DNA of 64,000 nucleotides from Bacteroidia bacterium (GTDB lineage Bacteria > Bacteroidota > Bacteroidia > M30B66): the NCBI GenBank assembly GCA_965279035.1, contig OZ257142.1, positions 2,720,001-2,784,000 on the forward strand. The letters run 5' to 3'. Shown piece after piece: positions 9,801-16,763 of the stretch (positions within the stretch are counted from its first letter, which is position 1; every line of letters starts with the position of its first letter). Position numbers and translations under genes: made by a program. The notes under the pieces are model-generated. The model did not search any database. It worked only from the letters and a program-made list of their open reading frames with translations, and was not told the DNA's origin.

Positions 9801-11851
9801 TTATTTAAAATCAGGTTTACCGATCCTGTGATACCCGATCCAAAATTAACGTCTTGATGCAATGCACCACTAAAGCTAAGTCCATCTGCATTAAATGCTT
9901 TAAATTGTGCACTATTTGAAACAATTAAATTTCTATAGATTGTAAGTTGTATGCTATTTGAATAAAAGCTAGATAAATTAAAAATCCCACCATTTATATA
10001 CGTATTTCCATAAACACTTAATCCGTCGTTGGTAGGTTCAATTGCAAATTTGCCATCATCTTGAATAAAATCTCCGAATATTTTAGTAGCACCATTTTCT
10101 ATTAATTTTCCGTTGGTGTTTACTACTCGATAATTATTTAATACAGTATCTATTTCTATGGTCGTTTGATACGATTGTTGATTTGGACAATCGTAAATAA
10201 AATGTCCGAGAGTGGTACCTGTTGGGAATGAAAAGTTTCCTGTTTCTATTCCCGTTAGCTTAAATATTGATTGACTCTTGAAAAGAGCTGTTGGGGCATT
10301 TCCACCATCTCTTGCGTGAATATAGGTTCCTCCAGCTTCAAAAGTGAGATTGGATTTGTTTCCATTATTCACTACTGCCGTATAGGGTCCAATTTGTTTT
10401 ATTTCTCCAAATACAGATGTTGAAGAATACGTTGCATCATAATAGGCCAATTCTGATAAATTCAATTTCCCATTAATTTCAGCAGTCGCATTTTGATAAG
10501 ATACGAATTGAATTCCACCATAAATTGTTGCATTAAAATCAAGTTCAGATCCTGTTTCAATTTTTAGTTTTTTTCGAATACTCAAGAAACAATTTCCTCC
10601 ATCAAATGAGTAATGTCCATTCCCATCTATCCTTAAAACACTAATTTCTTGATCAGGTACATTTGTGACATTCACATTCCCACCCGAAAAGATTAAAGTA
10701 TCATCAATCATGGGTGTATAGCGAGCAGGAAACCAACTTCCAGAAGATTGAAAGTTGGCAGAACCAGTAGTCGGAATAAAGGTGTATTGTTTAGCGGAAA
10801 ATGACCTGAATCGATTACTTATTGCTGAACTTGTATTATAAATAGGGCCATTTTCACAACCAAAATCATAATAAGCAAAAACAGTATAACGATACCAAGT
10901 GTTGTGTTGAGTAAAATTGGAAAAATTATTAGAGTGACCATTATAGACTACTTGTCCATTTCCAATTAGCTGATTGAGCGTATAAGAAACAGAATCTTGG
11001 GGCAAAGTATTTAGAGGTTGATCATTCGTTCGAACAACCAAGTATTTACAATTTGATAGAGGTTCAAACGACACACTCATGTTTGAATAATTGGCAACAC
11101 AGGATAGTGATGTAGGGACATCAACGGGTGGTGTACATATCCCATATTGAGGGATGCTATAACTAAAAACTAAGCCTGTGCTTGGAACATTGCCCGGTGA
11201 AGAAGTAATATTGTCTGTATTTGAAGTACTTAATGTGGTAGAATTCCAATTACCTGTTGCACTTGAGCGCGACTGGAAATTGGAGTTACTCAATGAACGA
11301 ATTCCGACTTCAGCTGAAAAGGAAACTGAGGACTGGCAATTAGAATAACTAAATCGAATTTGATTTGTTGATTCAAACAATTTTATTTGGAAAGTGAGGC
11401 TACTTGAACCCGAATGATTCACATCCATATTTCGCCACTCGATTGTATAAACACGCGAGGGAGCTGCACCAGTAGCTAAAACACGTATATCAGAAGAAGC
11501 AGTTCCATTTAAATTGCATCCTAAAGGACTAATACTAATAAGGCTAGAATTCAAATTTGAAATTGGATTCTGATTGATATATCCATCAGATCCAAGTGAG
11601 ATAAAGCCATTCGCGCATACTTTAGCGTAGGTATAAGGAGCATCATCAAAACTAAAACTAAATGGAAGGGCTACTAGATAAAGTTGGCTTTCCAAACTGG
11701 TTCCAGAACCTAATACAGTTCCTCCCAAAATACCTTGGTAATTACTATTGGATTGCTCAAAAACATATTCTTCTATGTTTTGAGCTTTACTGTTTTTATT
11801 TATTGAAATACTGATTAATAACAGCAATAATATATACCAGCGCTTAAGCAT
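3890..11851 (-). CDS. Giant (2653 aa) secreted modular T9SS cargo protein, probable adhesin or surface protein
   Basis: Signal peptide MLKRWYILLLLLISIS...; FN3-like segment; three large internal modules; C-terminal Cys/Trp Ig-like repeats; IYPNPSNG...NGIYFLSL...KLII sorting domain. Confidence 0.85.
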   Translation of the reverse strand: MLKRWYILLLLLISISINKNSKAQNIEEYVFEQSNSNYQGILGGTVLGSGTSLESQLYLVALPFSFSFDDAPYTYAKVCANGFISLGSDGYINQNPISNLNSSLISISPLGCNLNGTASSDIRVLATGAAPSRVYTIEWRNMDVNHSGSSSLTFQIKLFESTNQIRFSYSNCQSSVSFSAEVGIRSLSNSNFQSRSSATGNWNSTTLSTSNTDNITSSPGNVPSTGLVFSYSIPQYGICTPPVDVPTSLSCVANYSNMSVSFEPLSNCKYLVVRTNDQPLNTLPQDSVSYTLNQLIGNGQVVYNGHSNNFSNFTQHNTWYRYTVFAYYDFGCENGPIYNTSSAISNRFRSFSAKQYTFIPTTGSANFQSSGSWFPARYTPMIDDTLIFSGGNVNVTNVPDQEISVLRIDGNGHYSFDGGNCFLSIRKKLKIETGSELDFNATIYGGIQFVSYQNATAEINGKLNLSELAYYDATYSSTSVFGEIKQIGPYTAVVNNGNKSNLTFEAGGTYIHARDGGNAPTALFKSQSIFKLTGIETGNFSFPTGTTLGHFIYDCPNQQSYQTTIEIDTVLNNYRVVNTNGKLIENGATKIFGDFIQDDGKFAIEPTNDGLSVYGNTYINGGIFNLSSFYSNSIQLTIYRNLIVSNSAQFKAFNADGLSFSGALHQDVNFGSGITGSVNLILNNAQGVKLVNDIALDSLSHVTIINGHFDANAGHISYHPTASTLEYSGTNLLQITSVEWPDFNGPSTLRVNLTGTGLAKQLQFTTNKEVNNLDLAKGLLLLNSSNLLIKQSIVSQFSNMNPLVDRMIVVNGIGRVKHILYPNISSTIKFPMGTFSTSNVAQATGLDFYYRDNAVQRTITVGVLNATHPSNISTNYLKRYWTFQDDGANAIMTYSLKTNYLTEDIVGDYLYFLPHSFHSGSWQSIGTIYETQTLQSDTLTTTAYSLANTDYTGTFTSSNVYQWSGAINNDFQLAGNWVPARTTPLFTDWLKFSTGQTDTVINVPTQTIARLSISNSTCVTFSTASANQLKLNFCLIADSTQLVIDQGSRLIIEDSIYQLTLNLGHGYNQIAGVLEMKSGLNTNYLLATGGKTEVTSTGTFRIIRNPYITSNTSSLKIYGNIEYQVNGTNVIFPSAYYAPDVNVQIHGKCTSISFTNMPTVNDILFNLNNQTTDLWVYYMPNVKGTCTLESSGTARLRVLVFNNPIEINNFHQLGGSLDFVKNSSNNGNLLLAVAGTFNQEAGLISYSSSFYIMTFDFNGQMGQQVVNLVSTPTGGISYKISNPDGILLNMNGGAVSSFNVTGLSEIAIATQALQPITTSDTIKYSNGGGLNYITPLDATISDNLYPAQFGPHRLIINSTALNGITLPFDRSVKSVTMSRGNLILNEHILTIGDSTANGVIYFNNFYQRHHFVLSTGGIKNWATSAIASTIPILYNGFDRSTYIGLNTSTSLLHKGSISIRMEGQNGFTSLTNPIIDGVDTVINRINPNWIVTAEDGLLLADSSFVLKLAAVEYNSVENADSSLHIIQADTVAGLFAPSQFINSNYWAVRNRLSLSDLTNEGFSIGSNEPVPHFIYSVSDGDWNNPATWNIASVPNFSDNVLISEGDHVTVSDVQACKSITISVYSELNILNSLTVADSIVSFGKFYFNGTSVDIGNEGGGKAPFINNGIFEIEAGICTINGYIYNPLNSTFIQNGGEIVLDGNAGGNINESLTTKAALTFSSYDFHLNDGTIKVIDPIFSQYTIKLDLLNNQLNFVNPLYEVGNGHILILGDGISTDTTLLNEFNLLNSSYNSSASSTLIFSNIILNGTPGQKTRFLNQSYLDVLHDFTMNNDGALYMGRLTIGGNIAVNEGAVFENSSLLFINRANNEYNDVLVPQYVTGQGTFISYYNTNLSEINVRNTSYEGVVFQIGDVKVNYRALLLKGKLNFGQHTLTTDLLVNDNSNNVNGNGWLVGKYSPKNVYYSYNKVIPLGTLTTYLPVEFNEPAVTTQGAFKISINEGDHPLIAQSSIDSNKSLNYYFQLEKIDDFNFSPNLTMKFRWPSTAIDTLSNELNFKAAILENGIWTTFGSSISQSGLLTINNISNEFGTYQLGESTSITSIYTPIIQPVTQNICNGESVSFAFNFANNQDFNFKWQHLVDGIWVSLQNDSLYNGANQNELFISHPPLSIDSTFFRCIAYIDADSIISNESQLLINTVSESAVSISTLSNGQLCQGSQITFNASISNAGSNPIINWYRNNNVLLTNSLTLSSNVFSDNDQVRCVVNSSDVCPLIETVQSNSISVDIVANVTPTVTINAPLSQYSFCENDTLSYSSIGTNMGTNPLIQWYGNGELLNSGASINSVINSDTTLLYCTLTSNLICVTSSVDTSQTITLIKKPTIFPIITITNNDAYSCIGEPINFVSNYTHGGTSPAFVWSVNGNTDLSNTDSIYVSSSLQDGDEVLCTLVSSEQCVSSESVYSNTLEVDFIPVFTPHIEIHAMPGIIVNEGTSILYTSTIDDIGILPIYIWRKNGIIVGNEPYYLDENPASGDIITLELESTFLCNPVNSFLSDTLVIDVINHISNQSGNSISIYPNPSNGQFVIKGNFQSHVNQSITISIHSLEGKNVFNQEFEMQTNANSITLPLNVTNVLSNGIYFLSLKVENANLVQKLIITN

Positions 11852-12495
11852 AATGGAGAATTTTATTGCAATATAAACAATATTGACTATTTAAGATTAC
11901 CTATTATTATTACACCTATATCGCTGTTAATTAAATAATTAGATCGAATTGTGGCGATCCACAAAGAAAACTAAAGATAATTGATGTGTTTGTAAATAAG
12001 GAGGCTGTTTGGTTTTGAACTATTTCAAATCATTAGAATCCGAGTTTTTAATAAAACAATTGGATTGGAAAGATTATCATCAATATAAATCTTAATTCTT
12101 CTTTGAAATATTTAAAAATAAATTTTGCTATTTTTTGAAGTGTAAGTTTAAATAGTTAAAACTTGTTTTATTATTATTTTGCTTTACTCGCTTTTAACTA
12201 ATAAAATATGAAAGAAAGCTTTAGTATTAAATTTTCAAATACAAACTTAATTCTACTTTAAATGAGTTTAATATTGAATCCAAATAAATAGATTCATAGT
12301 AGAAATTTCATTGCATAATTAAGTTTGAATAGATATTACAAAAAGGACTTACTATTTTAACAAGCAAATCCTATTTAATTGAATAGACTCATATTCACCT
12401 ATTAAAAAAATCAATACTAACGAAGTCTAACCTCTCCTTACATCTGGTTAATTTAAAGCGGACAATTACTATCTTGCACATCTAATCTGTTATCA

Positions 12496-14943
12496 ATGGC
12501 TTTTCGCTTGCTGCGATGGATTTTACTATTAATTGCCACACTCTTGCTTTGGTGGGTGTATGCACATAAAACGGGGCCGCTTCCCCCTCTGGGATCGTTC
12601 TTTTCGCCCTTTGAAGGATTTTGGCAAAATGCTGAAAATGTATCCGAGAAATCGAATAACTCACTAAAAATTGAGGGATTGAAATCGGAAGCATCGGTAT
12701 CTTATGACGACCGCATGGTGCCTCACGTGTTTGCCGAAAATGAGGAGGATTTATATTTTCTTCAAGGATATGTAACAGCTTCTCAGCGTTTATGGCAGAT
12801 GGATATGCAAGTGAGAGTAGCCGAAGGTCGTTTGAGTGAAGTGATTGGGGAAAAGCTGCTGGAGAAAGACATTGAAGCTCGTCGGATAGGATTGAAATTG
12901 GGCGCTCAACGTTCCCTCGCCTTTCTGAATCTTGATCCGAAAAGCAGGATGATAGCCGAACGTTATGCCGCTGGTGTGAATGCTTGGATTTCAAGTCTTG
13001 ATCCTAAAGATTATCCACTTGAATATAAATTACTTGATTTTAAACCAGAAGCTTGGTCGCCATTTAAAACAGTTTTACTGTTGAAATACATGGCCAATAT
13101 GTTGACTGGTTATGAACACGATTTTGAAAATACCAATGCCGTTAAATTATTGGGATATAATGTGTTGAATCAAATCACACCCGATTTTCCAGATTCATTA
13201 ATAGATCCAATTATTCCTATTGGAACTGTGTTTCCGATGGCTACTATTTTACCTGATAGTCAACAAATTTCGTTTATACCGAAAACCGCTGAAGTTGCTG
13301 CTTTGGCTTATCCATTTGATCGTCCGGAAGCAGATTATGGTAGTAATAACTGGGCTGTGAGCGGAAAAATGACTCAGAATGGGAAACCGATTTTGTGTAA
13401 TGACCCTCATTTGGGATTGAACTTGCCGAGTATTTGGTTTGAAATTCAATTACATACTCCCGATATGAATGTGTATGGGGCAAGTATTCCGGGCGCACCT
13501 TGCGTAATTAGCGGTTTTAATGATAGCATTGCTTGGGGAATTACCAATGCTGCCATGGATGTGAAAGATTGGTATTCCATAGAATTTCGTGATGGAAAAC
13601 GAAAAGAATATTTATACGATGGTATTTGGAAACCAACTAGCTATGTTGTAGAACGCTTTTATGTGCGCGGGAAAGGAATTGTTTACGATACAATTATTCA
13701 TACCGAACAGGGACCGGTTGCCTATGATAAATCGTTTAATCATGGCGTGGAAACGGAAAATAGAGCATTACGCTGGACTGCTCATGATCCAAGCAATGAA
13801 ATGCTGACGTTTTATAACTTGAATAAAGGACAAAATTATTCGGATTATAAATCTGCTATTGCCCATTATCGGTGTCCTGGACAGAATTTCGTATTTGCAT
13901 CGAGTGCTGGAGATATTGCTATTTGGCAGCAAGGAAAATTCGTAAATCGCTTTCCTGAGCAAGGACGATTTGTAATGGATGGAACGACTTCAAAAACTAA
14001 ATGGCGAGGCTATATTCCTCAAGATCATAATCCGCACACCTTGAATCCGGAACGTGGTTGGGTGAGTTCAGCGAATCAACATCCTACCGACTCGACTTAT
14101 CCTTATTACTATACAGGTATTTACGAGTATTTTAGAAATCGTCGAATTAACGAACGCTTAGCTGCATTGACCAATTCGAAAACGATGGTGAAGATGCAGG
14201 ATATGATGGATTTGCAGAATGATAATTACAATTTGTACGCATCGGAGATTTTGCCATTAATGCTTTCTTTATTGAATGATAATGAGATTCGCTCGAACGA
14301 ACGGGAAGGTTTGGCAGAACTGAAAGGTTGGACTTTCTTGAATGATCCAGAATTACGAGCCCCAGTGTATTTTGAAACTTGGTGGAAAAAACTCCATAGT
14401 CGGATTTGGGATGAATTTGATGATGATAAACGATTACTCCAAGCACCTGGTTTTTTTCATACGATTCGATACTTGAAACGTTTTCCAGATGGTGAATTGA
14501 TTGATGATCATACGACGAAGGAAGATGAGAGTTTGGCTCAATTGGTCAACGCGACTTTTCATACTTCGGTTGAAGAAGTTCAGAAATGGGAAAAGGAACA
14601 TCCCAAAGAGGTGTTGACTTGGGCGAATTTCAAACATACCACAGTGACACATTTGAGTCAGCAGTTGGCTTTTAGTGTGGAGAATGTTCAAAATGGCGGA
14701 AATGCAGGAATTGTGAATGCGACGAGTGAGAAAAAAGGTCCAAGTTGGAGAATGGTAGTGAGTCCGGGCAGTGCAGGTGAAGCTTGGGGAATATATCCGG
14801 GTGGACAAAGTGGAAATCCGGGAAGTAAATACTACGCGAATTTTATTGAAGACTGGGGCAAAGGAAAATACTATAACCTCTTATTATTAAAACCCAATGA
14901 ACAACACAGCAGGATCCTATATGTCCAGCGTTGCGCGCCGTAG
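12496..14943 (+). CDS. Penicillin acylase family Ntn-hydrolase (peptidase S45; possible AHL acylase)
   Basis: N-terminal anchor; VPHVFA, QGYVTASQRLWQMD, catalytic GSNNWAV, NDPHL, SANQ and PGGQSGNPGS motifs. Confidence 0.92.
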   Translation: MAFRLLRWILLLIATLLLWWVYAHKTGPLPPLGSFFSPFEGFWQNAENVSEKSNNSLKIEGLKSEASVSYDDRMVPHVFAENEEDLYFLQGYVTASQRLWQMDMQVRVAEGRLSEVIGEKLLEKDIEARRIGLKLGAQRSLAFLNLDPKSRMIAERYAAGVNAWISSLDPKDYPLEYKLLDFKPEAWSPFKTVLLLKYMANMLTGYEHDFENTNAVKLLGYNVLNQITPDFPDSLIDPIIPIGTVFPMATILPDSQQISFIPKTAEVAALAYPFDRPEADYGSNNWAVSGKMTQNGKPILCNDPHLGLNLPSIWFEIQLHTPDMNVYGASIPGAPCVISGFNDSIAWGITNAAMDVKDWYSIEFRDGKRKEYLYDGIWKPTSYVVERFYVRGKGIVYDTIIHTEQGPVAYDKSFNHGVETENRALRWTAHDPSNEMLTFYNLNKGQNYSDYKSAIAHYRCPGQNFVFASSAGDIAIWQQGKFVNRFPEQGRFVMDGTTSKTKWRGYIPQDHNPHTLNPERGWVSSANQHPTDSTYPYYYTGIYEYFRNRRINERLAALTNSKTMVKMQDMMDLQNDNYNLYASEILPLMLSLLNDNEIRSNEREGLAELKGWTFLNDPELRAPVYFETWWKKLHSRIWDEFDDDKRLLQAPGFFHTIRYLKRFPDGELIDDHTTKEDESLAQLVNATFHTSVEEVQKWEKEHPKEVLTWANFKHTTVTHLSQQLAFSVENVQNGGNAGIVNATSEKKGPSWRMVVSPGSAGEAWGIYPGGQSGNPGSKYYANFIEDWGKGKYYNLLLLKPNEQHSRILYVQRCAP

Positions 14944-15304
14944 AGCTCGTCGTTGGTTTATACCGCGCATGCTGTTGATTGTAATCATAGCTGGCGTGGC
15001 ACAATGGTATTTGCCTTTTTGGAGCATGCCGACAAGTTGTTTTGTACTTGGCTTTTTGACTGCTCCTGTAAATCGTTCGGCTTTTTGGGCTGGCTTTATA
15101 GGTATTTTTCTGTTGTGGACAGGAATGGCAATATCTATTGATTGGATGAACGATTCGATCTTATCGCAACGGGTGATTCAGTTGTTTCCTTTGCCTAAAT
15201 CGTCGGCCTTGTTGATTCTGATTACAGGTATTATTGGAGGAATCTTGGGTGGAATGGCGAGTAAGACGGGAGATTTGTTGAGGCGATTTTTCATTCGGGA
15301 ATGA
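14921..15304 (+). CDS. Small integral membrane protein
   Basis: Several hydrophobic segments; overlaps the end of the acylase gene, suggesting an operon. Start could be 14897 or 14921. Confidence 0.7.
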   Translation: MSSVARRRARRWFIPRMLLIVIIAGVAQWYLPFWSMPTSCFVLGFLTAPVNRSAFWAGFIGIFLLWTGMAISIDWMNDSILSQRVIQLFPLPKSSALLILITGIIGGILGGMASKTGDLLRRFFIRE

Positions 15305-15612
15305 CCTCGGACTGAATTCCTAGGGTGCGGGGAGGAAATTGTAGCATTTTAGGTATGGGGTACGGGTAGTGAATTGTAGCATTTGAGGTATAGTAGCCTC
15401 GGACTTTAGTCCGAGGGTGCGGGGAGGAAATTGTAGCATTTTAGGTATGGTAGCCCCGGACTTAAGTCCAGGGGTACCAGAGAAAAATGATGCATTAGGG
15501 GAAGTAGTAATTATTCTTTCAGAAGCACTATCAATTCCCGAGCACTATTGCTTCAGGGGAAATTCAGCAGCCTCGGACTTAAGTCCGGGTGTACCAGAGA
15601 AAAATGTTGCAA
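15305..15612. repeat. Cluster of four REP-like hairpins (GTAG-CCYCGGAC-TTWA-GTCCGRGG) with duplicated linkers
   Basis: Copies at ~15305 (degenerate), 15393 (gtag cctcggac ttta gtccgagg), 15450 (gtag ccccggac ttaa gtccagggg) and 15567 (gcag cctcggac ttaa gtccggg). Linkers gtgcggggaggaaattgtagcattttaggtatgg and gtaccagagaaaaatg each occur twice. Confidence 0.8.
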
Positions 15613-15699
15613 TAGGATAAGAATTTAATATTCGTATTTTGTATGGAACATTTTATTAATTTCGCCGTTTCGTTCTAGCTCCTCAAACTATATCAAAAC

Positions 15700-16563
15700 A
15701 TGAGACAACTAAAGATTACCAAGCAGGTTACGAACCGGGAAACAGCGTCCTTAGACAAGTACCTTCAGGAAATCGGTAAAGTTGAGCTCATCACTGCAGA
15801 AGAAGAAGTTCAATTGGCGCAACGTATTCGTCAAGGTGATCAGTCTGCTTTAGAAAAACTCACCAAGGCCAACCTACGATTTGTGGTTTCTGTTTCGAAA
15901 CAGTATCAGAATCAAGGATTGAGTCTTCCCGATTTGATTAATGAAGGAAATTTAGGATTGATTAAAGCTGCACAGCGCTTTGATGAGACTCGTGGTTTCA
16001 AATTTATTTCGTATGCTGTTTGGTGGATTCGTCAATCGATACTTCAGGCATTAGCAGAGCAATCGCGTATTGTTCGTTTGCCATTGAATAAGATTGGATC
16101 GATAAACAAGATTAACAAAGCCTTCTCTAAGCTAGAGCAGGAATATGAGCGCGAACCAAGTGCTGAAGAAATTGCTGAATTGCTTGAACTTACTGAAAAT
16201 GATGTAAAGGAAAGCATGAAAAATTCGGGACGCCATATTTCGATGGATGCTCCTCTGGTTCAAGGTGAAGAAAGTAATATGTATGATGTATTGCGTTCGA
16301 GCGATAGTCCAAGTCCGGAAGCTGGTTTGATTAACGATTCGTTACGTAAAGAAATTGATCGTGCATTATCGACATTAACAGCTCGTGAAGCGGATGTGAT
16401 TAAGTATTACTTCGGCTTGAATGGTGAACATGCGATGACTTTGGAAGAGATTGGTGAAAAGTTCGATTTAACACGTGAGCGTGTTCGTCAGATCAAGGAA
16501 AAAGCGATTCGTCGTTTGAAACAGACTTCACGAAGTAAGATTCTGAAAACGTATTTAGGTTAA
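15700..16563 (+). CDS. rpoD: Primary sigma-70 factor, Bacteroidota type (lacks region 1.1)
   Basis: [68 protein letters not shown]; 287 aa. Confidence 0.95.
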   Translation: MRQLKITKQVTNRETASLDKYLQEIGKVELITAEEEVQLAQRIRQGDQSALEKLTKANLRFVVSVSKQYQNQGLSLPDLINEGNLGLIKAAQRFDETRGFKFISYAVWWIRQSILQALAEQSRIVRLPLNKIGSINKINKAFSKLEQEYEREPSAEEIAELLELTENDVKESMKNSGRHISMDAPLVQGEESNMYDVLRSSDSPSPEAGLINDSLRKEIDRALSTLTAREADVIKYYFGLNGEHAMTLEEIGEKFDLTRERVRQIKEKAIRRLKQTSRSKILKTYLG

Positions 16564-16597
16564 AAAAAATCCCCGGTTTTGCCGGGGATTTTTTTTT
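16564..16597 (+). terminator. Rho-independent terminator of the sigma gene
   Basis: A-tract, atccccgg/ccggggat stem, then a long T-tract immediately after the stop codon. Confidence 0.9.
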
Positions 16598-16600
16598 GAT

Positions 16601-16666
16601 GTGCTCGCTCCCTTCGACAAGCTCAGGGAGCGAATAAATCCGCGCGCTGAGCTTGGCGAAGCGTGC
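16601..16666. repeat. REP doublet (two inverted TCGACAAGCTC-core hairpins), copy 1
   Basis: gctccct-tcgacaagctc-agggagc, a spacer, then the inverted unit gcgcgct-gagcttggcga-agcgtgc; near reverse complement of 57702-57763. Confidence 0.85.
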
Positions 16667-16763
16667 GTGATAATTGTGGGGACAAATACCTTTTAAAAAA
16701 GAAAGTCTATTTAGCTGAATTTAAATAAATTGATTAGGTTTGGTTAAGCAAATTCTGATATTT

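Noticed and set aside
11852-12480. Hidden gene, dif site or att site in the AT-rich spacer
   Set aside because: No ORF of useful length, XerC/D-like site or flanking direct repeat could be identified by eye.
12482-14808. Antisense ORFs inside the acylase gene, and similar short shadow ORFs across the window
   Set aside because: They lie opposite or within well-supported genes and have no recognisable motifs.
15305-15620. CRISPR array, or the 67-aa ORF at 15417-15620
   Set aside because: Units are degenerate and irregularly spaced, the linkers are repeated rather than unique, and there are no cas genes. The ORF is just translated repeat.
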